Below are positions 36,842 to 46,586 of a stretch of DNA of 64,000 nucleotides, piece by piece; positions within the stretch are counted from its first letter, which is position 1; every line of letters starts with the position of its first letter. A program made the position numbers and the translations under genes. The stretch comes from Caulobacteraceae bacterium (GTDB lineage Bacteria; Pseudomonadota; Alphaproteobacteria; Caulobacterales; Caulobacteraceae): positions 288,329 to 352,328 of the forward strand of contig OZ260077.1 in NCBI GenBank assembly GCA_965284385.1, in the 5' to 3' direction. Below the pieces are notes generated by a model. The model made no database searches. It had not been told where the DNA came from and worked only from the letters and a program-made list of their open reading frames with translations.

Positions 36842-39274
36842 TCACGCCGCCGCCGTGGCTGCAGCGGGCGCGGAGGCTATGGACGCCTCCCCCTGGCGGC
36901 GGATGCCGGTCAGCCTAGTCCGCTTCAGCATCAGGGCGTTGATCGCCACCAGGGCCGAGCTGCCGGACATGGCGATGGCGGCGATGCTCGGCCCGAGCAG
37001 GAACGGATAGAACACGCCGGCCGCCAGCGGGAAGGCGATGACATTGTAACCGACCGCCCACCACAGGTTCTGGTGCATCTTCCCGAGCGTGGCGCGCGAC
37101 AGTTCGATGGCGCCCACGACGTCGAACGGATCGCTCCTCATCAGCACGATGTCCGCGCTTTCCATGGCCACGTCCGTACCGGCGCCGATCGCGAAGCCGA
37201 CATCGGCCTGGGTCAGGGCGGGCGCGTCGTTGACGCCATCGCCGACCATGCCGACCTTCTTGCCCTGGGCCTGGAGTTCCTTGACCTTGCTCGCCTTGTC
37301 GCCGGGCAGGACATCGGCGAACACGCGGTCGATGCCGAGACCCTTGGCGATCCGTTCGGCCGTACCCTGGTTGTCCCCGGTCAGCATGATGACCTCGACG
37401 CCCCGAGCGCGCAGGGCCTTGACCGCCTCGACCGCCGTGGGCCGCACCGCGTCGGCGATGGCGATCAGACCCACCAGCTTGCCGCCCACGGCAAGGTGGA
37501 CGACGGTCCGGCCGGCGCCCTGCAGCGCTTCGGACTTCTCGCCGAGTTCGCCCAGGTCGATCTTGTTCTCCGTCATCAACCGCTTGTTGCCCAGCAGCAC
37601 AGTCTTGCCGCCGATCCTGGCGCGAGCGCCCTTGCCTTCGATATTGGTGAAGCCGGTCGCCTTGGGCGCCTTGACCTTGGCCGCCCGGCGCAGGATGGCC
37701 TGGGCCAGGGGATGGTCCGATCCGGCCTCCACGGCCGCGGCCGCGGCCAGCAACTGATGCTCTGTGGCGCCGTCCGCCGTCACCAGATCGACCACCTCGG
37801 GCTGGCCCATCGTCAGGGTGCCGGTCTTGTCGAAGATGATGACGTCCAGCTTGGTCGCGTCCTCGAGCGACGACGCGTTCTTGAACAGGATGCCGTTCAT
37901 GGCGCCGAGCCCGGTCCCGACCATGATCGCCATCGGGGTCGCCAGGCCCAGCGCGTCGGGACAGGCGATGACAAAGACGGTGATGGTCAGGCTGACGGCG
38001 AACAGGAGGGGCTGGCCGATGACCCAGAACCAGACCACGAAGGTCAGCAGCCCGACAATGATAGCGGCCCAGACCAGCCATTGAGCCGCGCGATCCGCCA
38101 ATAGTTGTGACGGCGCCTTGGAGTTCTGGGCTTCCTGAACCAGCTTGACGATCTGGGCCAGCGCGGTGTCCGCGCCGACCTTGGTGGCAGTATACTGGAA
38201 CGTGCCGCTCTTGTTGATCGTCGCGCCGATGACGGTGTCGCCGACCTTCTTTTCCACCGGCATCGACTCGCCGGTCAACATCGATTCATCGACGAGCGAC
38301 GCCCCCTCGAGCACCGTTCCATCGACCGGGATCTTGTTGCCGGGCCGGATCACCACCGTATCGCCGGAGACGACCTCGGCGGTCGGCACCTCCAGTTCCT
38401 TGCCGTCGCGCAGGACGGTGGCCATGGGTGGGGTCAGATCCATCAGGGCGCGGATGGCCTCGGACGCGCCTGCCCTGGCGCGCATCTCCAGCCAGTGACC
38501 CAGCAGGATGAAGACCAGCAGGATGGACGATGCTTCGTAGAACTGCTGGCCGCCGTAGATGAAGGTCGATCCGACGCTGAAGAAATAGCCGGTGCCGACG
38601 CTGAGGACGACGAGCACCGCCATATTGGCGACGCCGCTTCGCAGCGAGCGCCAGGCCGCGACGACGAAGGGCCAGACCGGATAGAGGATCGCGCCGCTGG
38701 CCAGAATGAACAGGACGAGGTCCAGCCTCAGGCCGAACGGGGGCGGGATCCGGATGAAGTCCATGCCCATCGGCGAAAAGGCGAAGATGGGCAGGCTGAA
38801 GCCCAGAGCGATCCAGAAGCGGTTGCGCATGTCGCGCACCATCGACTGCATGTCCTTGCCGGATCCATGGCCCATTTCATGGGCCATGGCGTCTTTCTGC
38901 GCCTTGCCGTGCGCCGGGTCTTTCCCCTTCTTCGCGACGGGCTTCACCTCGGCGGATGCGCTCCCGGCATGCCCTCGATGCGCTGCGGCGGCTGCGGATC
39001 CGACCGGCTCCGGGGCGCCTTTGGCCGGCGCCGGGTGGTCCTGGCAAACATGTTTGGGCAGGGCCTCCCCAGCGCAGTGAAAGCCGCAGGCCTCGATCGC
39101 CGCCCTGATATCAGACAGGCTGGTCCTGGCCGCATCATAGGCGACCGTCGTGGAGCCGGACACCGGGTTCACCGACACGCGGCCGACGCCGTCGATGCGG
39201 CGCAGTTGTCGCTCTATCCCGCGCGCTCCAAGGACGGAGAACAGATTGCCGACGTCGAGTGTGCGGGTGGTCAT
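36842..39274 (-). CDS. copA: Heavy-metal (copper-type) P1B ATPase
   Basis: [35 protein letters not shown] and MSGSS motifs. Start re-called to MTTRTLDV. Confidence 0.92.
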   Translation of the reverse strand: MTTRTLDVGNLFSVLGARGIERQLRRIDGVGRVSVNPVSGSTTVAYDAARTSLSDIRAAIEACGFHCAGEALPKHVCQDHPAPAKGAPEPVGSAAAAAHRGHAGSASAEVKPVAKKGKDPAHGKAQKDAMAHEMGHGSGKDMQSMVRDMRNRFWIALGFSLPIFAFSPMGMDFIRIPPPFGLRLDLVLFILASGAILYPVWPFVVAAWRSLRSGVANMAVLVVLSVGTGYFFSVGSTFIYGGQQFYEASSILLVFILLGHWLEMRARAGASEAIRALMDLTPPMATVLRDGKELEVPTAEVVSGDTVVIRPGNKIPVDGTVLEGASLVDESMLTGESMPVEKKVGDTVIGATINKSGTFQYTATKVGADTALAQIVKLVQEAQNSKAPSQLLADRAAQWLVWAAIIVGLLTFVVWFWVIGQPLLFAVSLTITVFVIACPDALGLATPMAIMVGTGLGAMNGILFKNASSLEDATKLDVIIFDKTGTLTMGQPEVVDLVTADGATEHQLLAAAAAVEAGSDHPLAQAILRRAAKVKAPKATGFTNIEGKGARARIGGKTVLLGNKRLMTENKIDLGELGEKSEALQGAGRTVVHLAVGGKLVGLIAIADAVRPTAVEAVKALRARGVEVIMLTGDNQGTAERIAKGLGIDRVFADVLPGDKASKVKELQAQGKKVGMVGDGVNDAPALTQADVGFAIGAGTDVAMESADIVLMRSDPFDVVGAIELSRATLGKMHQNLWWAVGYNVIAFPLAAGVFYPFLLGPSIAAIAMSGSSALVAINALMLKRTRLTGIRRQGEASIASAPAAATAAA

Positions 39275-39361
39275 GGCTGCTTTCTGACTGGTGACGGGAC
39301 GTCCGAAGGACACCCCGCTCGATTGTCTTCGCCCTCTCTGACGGCGACGACCCGGCTCTCG

Positions 39362-40447
39362 TTACAAATCTATCTCGGGCAGCGGCGACTCCGACGTCCA
39401 GACCCGCTTCCCGGCGAACAGGTCGTTGTCGATCCCCATGGCCAGATCCGTCGCGGCGATCGACCGGCGGCCCGACGTCTCGCGTCCGTCGAGCGCCCTT
39501 ATGGCGTCGATGGTTTCCGGCACGACGATCGCCTGATTGTCGACCATATAGGCGTAGAAGAGTTCATCGCCCTGCACCGTGAGCATGTCGGCCCAAAGCG
39601 CCACCTCATAGAGGTCGCTGCGGGATCGGCCCCGATCCGCCATCAGCTCCTTGACGGCATTGAGGGCATCCAGACCATACTCGTCCTTCATCAGCAGGAT
39701 GCGTGACGAGGATCGGAAGGCGTCGAGCACTTCCTCCTTGGCCGCCGGTCGGGTCATCTGGACCGACCAGTAGTGCAGGTGGGCGATGGTCTCCGGCACC
39801 TTGACCGCCATGGTCACCACATCGAGGTCCGGATCGACGGTTTGGGCGTCGGGACCCTGGTGACTGGGGATTTCGGGCTCCGGGACGAGGGTGTTCATGA
39901 TGCCGCCCTGGTGGCTTTCCCACGGATCGGTCGCGCGTCGAAGCAGGGTGCCCCGGGCCCGTAGAAGCAGACCGGCGCGCTTGAGAGCGCCCAATGTCCG
40001 TACCGTCGCGGTCGTATTGCAGGAGACCACCCGGGTCGCCTGGCGGCCGACAGCCGTCTCGTAATTGGCCTCCGCGACGAAAGAGTGTCCCGTGACGGCG
40101 TGCTTCTCTCCCCCCTGAAGGATGAACTTCAGGCCCCGGGCTCGGTAGAGGGGAACGTTGTCCGCCGCCACGTGCTTGGGCGTGCAGTCAATGATGACAT
40201 CGACCTCGCCCAACAGATCGTCCAGCTGACCGGCCGTTTGGCGTCCCGCGGCCCGGAGTTCGTCAAATGCCTTGGGCGTGGCGGCAAAGAGCGGCACGCC
40301 CTTGGTCTGAAGGACCCGGGTGCGCCAGTCCGTCGCGACGTCGGCGACGCCGATCAGGGTCATGTCCTTCTGAGCCTTGACCGCATCGGCGACGCGTTTG
40401 CCGATGACGCCATATCCGTTCACGGCGACCCGTATTGGTTTGATCAT
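39362..40447 (-). CDS. gap: Type II (archaeal-type) glyceraldehyde-3-phosphate dehydrogenase
   Basis: VAVNGYGVIGKRVADAV, DCTP, QGGEK, VVSCNTT, RRATDP, PSHQGPD. Confidence 0.9.
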   Translation of the reverse strand: MIKPIRVAVNGYGVIGKRVADAVKAQKDMTLIGVADVATDWRTRVLQTKGVPLFAATPKAFDELRAAGRQTAGQLDDLLGEVDVIIDCTPKHVAADNVPLYRARGLKFILQGGEKHAVTGHSFVAEANYETAVGRQATRVVSCNTTATVRTLGALKRAGLLLRARGTLLRRATDPWESHQGGIMNTLVPEPEIPSHQGPDAQTVDPDLDVVTMAVKVPETIAHLHYWSVQMTRPAAKEEVLDAFRSSSRILLMKDEYGLDALNAVKELMADRGRSRSDLYEVALWADMLTVQGDELFYAYMVDNQAIVVPETIDAIRALDGRETSGRRSIAATDLAMGIDNDLFAGKRVWTSESPLPEIDL

Positions 40448-40498
40448 AAGGAACTCTCGCTTGGGAGATCACAGAACAGACGTTGCACGGCCGGCACA

Positions 40499-40512
40499 TT
40501 GATCCGGATCAA
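40499..40512. promoter_or_regulatory. Perfect FNR box
   Basis: TTGAT-CCGG-ATCAA between the divergent gap and pgmB genes. Confidence 0.85.
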
Positions 40513-40613
40513 AGTTCGGCGCGCCGGCGCATGTCACTCTGGGTCGATGGCGGATGAACCGGAAGCCCGACACGAATGACCGCAAAAGCCGCATCGTGGG
40601 CGGATCGCAGCGA

Positions 40614-41312
40614 ATGCTGACTGCGGGCATCTTCGACGTGGATGGGGTCCTGCTCGCATCGCCTCACGAGCGAGCGTGGCGCGACGCGCTCGACGGCTTC
40701 GCTGAACGGGAGCGCTTCACGACGGCGATGTACCAGTCCCAGGTCGCGGGCAAGCCCCGTCTCGACGGAGCCCGTTCCGCCCTTGAGGCCCTGGGCGTGC
40801 GAGATGCCCAGGGTCGCGCGGCCGCCTACGCCCAACGAAAACAGGCCCGGCTGGAGATGCTGATCCAGACCGGCGCGGTCGCAGCCTACCCGGACGCCCT
40901 GCGTTTCGTCGAGGCGGTCGCTGCTCTCGGCTGGCCGATGGCGGTCGCTTCATCCTCCAGAAACGCCACCGACATGATGCGATCGGTCATCCTCAGCACC
41001 GGCCAGAGCCTGCTCGACATCTTCCGCGTCAATGTTTCCGGCCGCGATCTGAAGCACGGCAAGCCGGATCCGGAGCTTTTCCTGATCGCGGCCGCCGAAC
41101 TGGGTGTTTCGCCGGCGCAGTGCTTCGTGGCCGAGGACGCACCTGTGGGTGTTCAGGCCGCTCGCGCCGGCGGGATGGCGGCGCTCGGCGTCGCCCGGCT
41201 GGGCGACGCTGCCCAACTGCGCGAGGCCGGCGCGGATCTGGTGGTCACCAACCTCGACGAGGTTGCGATCATAGATCTTGCGGACGGACGACTCCGTGGA
41301 CGGACACCATGA
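40614..41312 (+). CDS. pgmB: HAD-family beta-phosphoglucomutase-like phosphatase/mutase
   Basis: IFDVDGVL, ASSS, GKPDPELF, AEDAPVGV. Overlaps the GH65 start. Confidence 0.8.
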   Translation: MLTAGIFDVDGVLLASPHERAWRDALDGFAERERFTTAMYQSQVAGKPRLDGARSALEALGVRDAQGRAAAYAQRKQARLEMLIQTGAVAAYPDALRFVEAVAALGWPMAVASSSRNATDMMRSVILSTGQSLLDIFRVNVSGRDLKHGKPDPELFLIAAAELGVSPAQCFVAEDAPVGVQAARAGGMAALGVARLGDAAQLREAGADLVVTNLDEVAIIDLADGRLRGRTP

Positions 41313-43621
41313 CGAACCCCCGGACCATGAAACAGGCGCTGGAGCCGTCGGCGGATGCCGCCTGGGTCCTGAACGACGATGGCTGCGATCCGCTCCGCGA
41401 GAGCGATCGCGAAACCCGCTTCACGGTCAGCAACGGTTTTCTCGGGGCCCGGGCCTCCCACGCCGTCAATCGATCGTTCCGGCGCCTCGTTTCGCCGAAC
41501 TCCTATGTCGCCGGGCTGTTCGATACGCCAGACACGGACCGGCCAGTGCCGGAAAGGGTCTTCGCGCCAGACTGGTTGGACGTCCGCATCGGCCTGGCGG
41601 GAGGACCGCTCGTCCATCACTTCGGGCAAGGGCCGTCACACCCACTGACGCTCGACATGCGGCGCGGCCTGGCGCTCGCCGAATGTCGCCTGGTGGAAGG
41701 AACAGCCGTGAGCGTCCGACTGGGTCTCCTGCGCTTCGTCTCGCAGAGCCGGCGGTCGCTCGGCCTGCAGTTGCTGCATCTGGAGGTCGATCAGGGCGAG
41801 ACTGACATCACACTGGAAGCTTCCTTCGAAGGCGGCGATCACGACCTCATTTCCGAGCGCCTCGAGACCGAATTCGGCCTGTGGCGCACTCATCGCTCCG
41901 GCAAACGTCTCGCCATGGCGGCAGCCGTGGCCTTGCGGATCGACGGTCAGCATCTGCCGCCGACGGCGCTCGCCCCGCTCAAATGGTCGTGGACCTGGCC
42001 AGCCCACCCGGGGCAAGTCGTCTGTCTCGAGCGCATCGTGGCGGTGGCGCGAAGCGACGGTCCCGATCAGGACCCTGGCGCGATTGTCCGGAATGACCTT
42101 TCGGACGCCCGACGGTCAGGCTGGCGAAGCGTGATGGAGCAACACGAAACGGCATGGGCAAATCGTTGGTCGTGCAGCGACGTCGGGGTAGAAGGCGACG
42201 CCGCGGCGCAGAAGGCGCTACGGTTCGCGGTCTACCACCTGAACAGCGCCGCCAACCCGGACGACCCGCGGGTCTCGATCGGAGCCCGGGCCCTGACCGG
42301 CGCCGACTATCGCGGGCACGTGTTCTGGGACACCGAAATCTTCCTGCTGCCCTTCTATATCCTGACCTGGCCCGAGGCGGCCCGGTCCTTGCTGATGTAC
42401 CGCTTCCATACCCTGGACGGCGCGAGAGCGAAGGCGGCCGAGAGGGGCTGGCGGGGCGCCTTCTACGCCTGGGAGTCCACCGACACCGGGCTGGAAGCGA
42501 CACCGGAGCAGGCCGTCGGTCCGGACCGGCAGATCATCGACATCCTCACCGGCGCCCAGGAGCAACACATCAGCGCCGACGTCGCCTATGCCGTCTGGCA
42601 ATACTGGCAAACGACGGGCGACGACGAATTCCTGGTCGCGGCCGGCGCGGAAATCCTTCTCGAAACCGGACGCTTCTGGGCCAGTCGGGCCCAACCCGAG
42701 GCGGACGGCTTGCACCACATCCGCGGCGTCATCGGCCCGGATGAGTATCACGAGAATATCGACGACAACGCCTTCACCAACGTCATGGCGCGCTGGAACA
42801 TCCGGCGCGCACTTGAGGTCGCGGCCATGCTGCGCGAGCAGTGGCCCGCACAATGGACCGCCCTCTCCCGCCGCCTCGACCTGAACGAGTCCGAACTCGA
42901 ATACTGGACCGGCGTCGCGGAGACGATGGCGACCGGCCTGGATTCGGGCACGGGCCTGTTCGAGCAGTTCACGGGCTATTTCAATCTCGAGGACGTGGAC
43001 TTGTCGGCCTACGCGGGTCGCACTGTCCCGATGGACGTGGTCCTCGGACGCGAACGCACGCAGCAGTCCCAAGTGATCAAACAGGCCGATGTCGTGGCTC
43101 TGCTGGCCCTGCTGCCTGAGGAATTCGCGGGCGCCGCCGGCAAGAAAAACTTCGATTACTACGAACCACGGTGCGGTCACGGCAGTTCACTGAGTACCGC
43201 CTTGCACGGGCTCGTCGCCGCACGCCTAGGCGATGTCGAGATGGCCCTGGACTATTTCCACAGGACGGCGGCGATCGATCTCGCCGACACCAAGGTGGCG
43301 ATCGGCGGCGGCATTCACATCGCGGCCCAAGGCGGCCTCTGGATGATGTCGGTCTTTGGGTTCGCCGGACTGTCGTTGCGGAGCGACGGCCTCGCCTTTG
43401 CGCCGCACTTGCCCGCAAGTTGGTCCAGCCTGAGCTTCAGCGTCCAGTGGCGAGGGCGACGCCTGAGCGTCAGGGTAGACCAGGTCAATCAGCAACTCGA
43501 AGCCTCCCTGGAAGTCGGCGAACCGATGATCCTGATCGTCGGTGGCCGACCATACCCGCTCGCTTCCGAGGCCCCCCTTATCCTCCACCTCGAGTCGCCT
43601 CCGCCTTTATCAGGTAACTGA
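41309..43621 (+). CDS. Glycoside hydrolase family 65 phosphorylase (trehalose/kojibiose/maltose type)
   Basis: NGFLGAR, GHVFWDTE, EQHISADVA, GPDEYHE..DDNAFTN, KQADV, HGSSLS. Confidence 0.92.
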   Translation: MTNPRTMKQALEPSADAAWVLNDDGCDPLRESDRETRFTVSNGFLGARASHAVNRSFRRLVSPNSYVAGLFDTPDTDRPVPERVFAPDWLDVRIGLAGGPLVHHFGQGPSHPLTLDMRRGLALAECRLVEGTAVSVRLGLLRFVSQSRRSLGLQLLHLEVDQGETDITLEASFEGGDHDLISERLETEFGLWRTHRSGKRLAMAAAVALRIDGQHLPPTALAPLKWSWTWPAHPGQVVCLERIVAVARSDGPDQDPGAIVRNDLSDARRSGWRSVMEQHETAWANRWSCSDVGVEGDAAAQKALRFAVYHLNSAANPDDPRVSIGARALTGADYRGHVFWDTEIFLLPFYILTWPEAARSLLMYRFHTLDGARAKAAERGWRGAFYAWESTDTGLEATPEQAVGPDRQIIDILTGAQEQHISADVAYAVWQYWQTTGDDEFLVAAGAEILLETGRFWASRAQPEADGLHHIRGVIGPDEYHENIDDNAFTNVMARWNIRRALEVAAMLREQWPAQWTALSRRLDLNESELEYWTGVAETMATGLDSGTGLFEQFTGYFNLEDVDLSAYAGRTVPMDVVLGRERTQQSQVIKQADVVALLALLPEEFAGAAGKKNFDYYEPRCGHGSSLSTALHGLVAARLGDVEMALDYFHRTAAIDLADTKVAIGGGIHIAAQGGLWMMSVFGFAGLSLRSDGLAFAPHLPASWSSLSFSVQWRGRRLSVRVDQVNQQLEASLEVGEPMILIVGGRPYPLASEAPLILHLESPPPLSGN

Positions 43622-43925
43622 CGGTCAGCATTGTCTTAGCCGAGGTCGACGCAACGGGTAGGCGTGCGGCCGCCTCCCTTGAGGTCACGCCTCACACCGG
43701 CTTAACTTGCTCAGGACGACCATAGCCAATTCCTCGTCGGCGGCGACGACGCCCGCGGCGCGCGCTAGATGTTATTCAGGCGCGTAACGCGCGTTCTACT
43801 CAGTTGCGCTCATTTGCGTTGGCTTTTGACACTGCGCCGACAGGCGTGGCGAGCGGCTCATTGTCGAGCGTCACTGGACATCACTTTCGTTTCGCTGCAA
43901 GCGTCGCGTTGCGGGGCGAAAACAG

Positions 43926-44972
43926 ATGAAACGCAGCGACCGCGTAACCCCGGACCAGAAGCGGCCTCCGGCAGAGTTCCCCTTCGGCGAAGATTTTCAA
44001 ACCATCTTGTCCTTGATCGGGGATGGCGTGGTCAGCACCGACCAGGATGGTCGCATTATTCTGTTCAACCGAGCGGCCGAAGACATTTTTGGCTACACGA
44101 TGAACGAAGTGCTTGGCTATTCAATCGATACTCTCATTCCAACGCGTTTTCATGACCACCATCGCGAAGACGTCAAGCGCTTCTGTTCGTCAGACGCCCC
44201 GTTGCGCCGATCCATGGGGGCCGGCCGCGAAGTCCTCGGACGACGAAAGGACGGTCGGGAACTGGCCATCGAGGCGACGCTCTCTCGGCAAATGATCGGG
44301 GGCCAACACATCGTCACGGCCGTGGTCCGTGATGTCAGTGACCGGAAAACTGTGGAAAGGCAGGGTCAGGTCGTCGCGAACGAGGTCGCTCATCGCCTGC
44401 GGAACACTATGGCGGTCGTCGATTCGATCGTGACGCTCACCGCCCGAACGGCGCCGTCTGTCGCCGAATTCAAAGAGGCGCTGTTGGGGCGTTTCGCGGC
44501 CATATCGCGCACGAACGATTCCCTTATTCGCGGCTCATGGACCGAGGCCAGCGTTCGCCTTCTCCTTGAAACAGAGCTGGCCCCTTACCAGGACAGCGAG
44601 GGAAAGATCACCCTCACAGGACCGGATATCAGTATCGATGGGCAGGTCGCCGTGGCATTGGCGCTTGTCCTCCACGAACTGGCGACAAATGCGGCCAAGT
44701 ATGGCGCGCTTTCAACGTCAGCCGGGCTGCTGCGCGTGGATTGGCAAGTGTCGGCGGACGCAATCCCTCTGATTGAACTCCTCTGGGAGGAACGGGGCGG
44801 GCCCACGGTTGTCGCACCGACGCGCCGGGGATTTGGAAGCGAACTTATCGCTCGCAGCCTTGGCCCCCATGGCGGTAAAGCCGCCTCGACCTATGCACCG
44901 CAGGGCGTCAACTGCCTCATCAGGCTGCCGTTCCGTAGCGTCAGCCGACCAGCGGACAATCCTGTTCAATGA
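43926..44972 (+). CDS. PAS-domain HWE-family sensor histidine kinase
   Basis: PAS (FNRAAEDIFGY...GRRKDG), H-box EVAHRLRN, ELATNAAKYG, WEERGGP...RGFGS. Confidence 0.9.
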   Translation: MKRSDRVTPDQKRPPAEFPFGEDFQTILSLIGDGVVSTDQDGRIILFNRAAEDIFGYTMNEVLGYSIDTLIPTRFHDHHREDVKRFCSSDAPLRRSMGAGREVLGRRKDGRELAIEATLSRQMIGGQHIVTAVVRDVSDRKTVERQGQVVANEVAHRLRNTMAVVDSIVTLTARTAPSVAEFKEALLGRFAAISRTNDSLIRGSWTEASVRLLLETELAPYQDSEGKITLTGPDISIDGQVAVALALVLHELATNAAKYGALSTSAGLLRVDWQVSADAIPLIELLWEERGGPTVVAPTRRGFGSELIARSLGPHGGKAASTYAPQGVNCLIRLPFRSVSRPADNPVQ

Positions 44973-45040
44973 CTGCAACTCCGGCCCCTCGGCGGAGCCG
45001 ATGACTTTTGCCGGCGGCGGCGCCTGGCGAGGTCAGGATG

Positions 45041-45979
45041 TCAGCCGGCCAGGTCCATACTCGCGAGAGCTTGCTGCAAAGCCTTTGCGGATGCACCCAG
45101 CATTGTGTTCTCCGCGGGGGACAGCGCCGGCAGCAAAATCCTCTCGACCCCGCCGGCCCCGAGGATGCACGGAAGGCTGAGGCATACATCGGCGAAGCCG
45201 TATTGTCCGGTCAACAGCGTCGACACCGGCAGCACCGCCCGCTCATCGCGCAGTATGACCTCGCATATCCGCACAATCGCGGTCGCGACGCCGAAGGACG
45301 TGTAGCCCTTTCCCTGGACGATACGGTAGCCGGCGTCGCGCACTTCCGTGGCGATCTGGTCCTGGTCGAGTTCCTGTCCCGAAGGACAGAAATCGCTTAG
45401 CGGCAGCCCTCCGACCAGGACCGTAGAGAATGCGGCCACCTCGGTATCGCCATGCTCACCCAGAACGACCCCATCAATGGACCCGGCCGCGACCCTCAGG
45501 CTCTCGGCGAGGGCTTGTTTGAGACGGCTGGAATCGAGCAATGTGCCCGTGCCGATGACCCTCGCTGCGGACAAGCCTGAGCGCCGCAGCGCCACCAGCG
45601 TCATCAAATCCACCGGGTTGGCGGCGACAAGGATGATCCCCGTGAAACCGGCCTGGACCAGTTCTCCGACGCAGGTCGAGACGATCATGGCGCTTTGCGA
45701 CGCGACCGACAGGCGACTTTCCGCGCCGTGCGTCGCTGCTCCGGCGGTGATAACGGCGATCCGGGCTGTCGCCGCATCGGCGTAGCTTCCCGCCCAGATG
45801 CGCGCGGGTCTGGCAAGGGCGTTCGCATCGGAGAGGTCGGCGGCTTCGGCCTCGGCGAGCCCGGCGTCACTGTCGATCAGGACGATCTCGCGGACCAACG
45901 CGCGAAGCATCAGCGCATAGGCGGCCGTCGATCCGACGTGGCCTGCACCGACGATCACAATCCGGTCGTGTGCGATCAT
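45041..45979 (-). CDS. ldh: L-lactate dehydrogenase family
   Basis: IVGAGHVG, ANPVD, GTLLDSSR, GEHGD, KGYTSFG. Confidence 0.88.
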   Translation of the reverse strand: MIAHDRIVIVGAGHVGSTAAYALMLRALVREIVLIDSDAGLAEAEAADLSDANALARPARIWAGSYADAATARIAVITAGAATHGAESRLSVASQSAMIVSTCVGELVQAGFTGIILVAANPVDLMTLVALRRSGLSAARVIGTGTLLDSSRLKQALAESLRVAAGSIDGVVLGEHGDTEVAAFSTVLVGGLPLSDFCPSGQELDQDQIATEVRDAGYRIVQGKGYTSFGVATAIVRICEVILRDERAVLPVSTLLTGQYGFADVCLSLPCILGAGGVERILLPALSPAENTMLGASAKALQQALASMDLAG

Positions 45980-46016
45980 CGGATAGTCCTTCCTGTCGGC
46001 GCGGCTGGTGTCGGCC

Positions 46017-46520
46017 TCACCGCGCCGCCTCCATGCCGGCGGCGCCGACGGAGAAACATTCTGATCGACTTCGGCCCTGGGTGACGCTGACGGCCGAGAT
46101 GATCTCGGGTTGGATCCGGATCAGGGCGACCGAGTCGCCCGATGGGCAATAGACACTGAGGCCCGGATAGCGCGAGAAAACGAGCTGGTTCAGATGCTCG
46201 ATATCCTCGGCGACGGTCACCTCCTCCGCCCTGCCGGCCAGGGACAGCCCCACGGCGCCGTCCGCGGCGCTCTCGCTTCTTATCGCGGCGGAAACGCGGG
46301 GATCGGCCTGAATATTCGCCAGCTTCTGACTGTCGCGCGCGGTCACGAAATACAGATTGAGCCCCTCGTTGACATAACCCAGCGTCGTGACCTGGGGCCA
46401 TCCGTCCGGTCGGTTGACGCCCAGGCTCATCAATCGTTCGCTGGTCAAAAGGACCACAACGGCGTCGACCGCCCGCCCGTGGATGGGTGTACAGCCCGGC
46501 GTGACGTCCTGGATCGGCAT
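46017..46520 (-). CDS. Pyridoxamine-5'-phosphate-oxidase-like FMN-binding protein (second paralog)
   Basis: LGVNRPDGWPQVTTLGY...LYFVT..DSQKLANIQADPRVS. Confidence 0.8.
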   Translation of the reverse strand: MPIQDVTPGCTPIHGRAVDAVVVLLTSERLMSLGVNRPDGWPQVTTLGYVNEGLNLYFVTARDSQKLANIQADPRVSAAIRSESAADGAVGLSLAGRAEEVTVAEDIEHLNQLVFSRYPGLSVYCPSGDSVALIRIQPEIISAVSVTQGRSRSECFSVGAAGMEAAR

Positions 46521-46572
46521 CGGAAAAATTCCTCGCTGGAATCACCCTTGGCCCGGCTCAGGGACAACGGCT

Positions 46573-46586
46573 TTGATCTGGCTCAA
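46573..46586. promoter_or_regulatory. FNR/FixK box
   Basis: TTGATCTGGCTCAA, about 60 nt upstream of the start at 46520. Confidence 0.7.
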
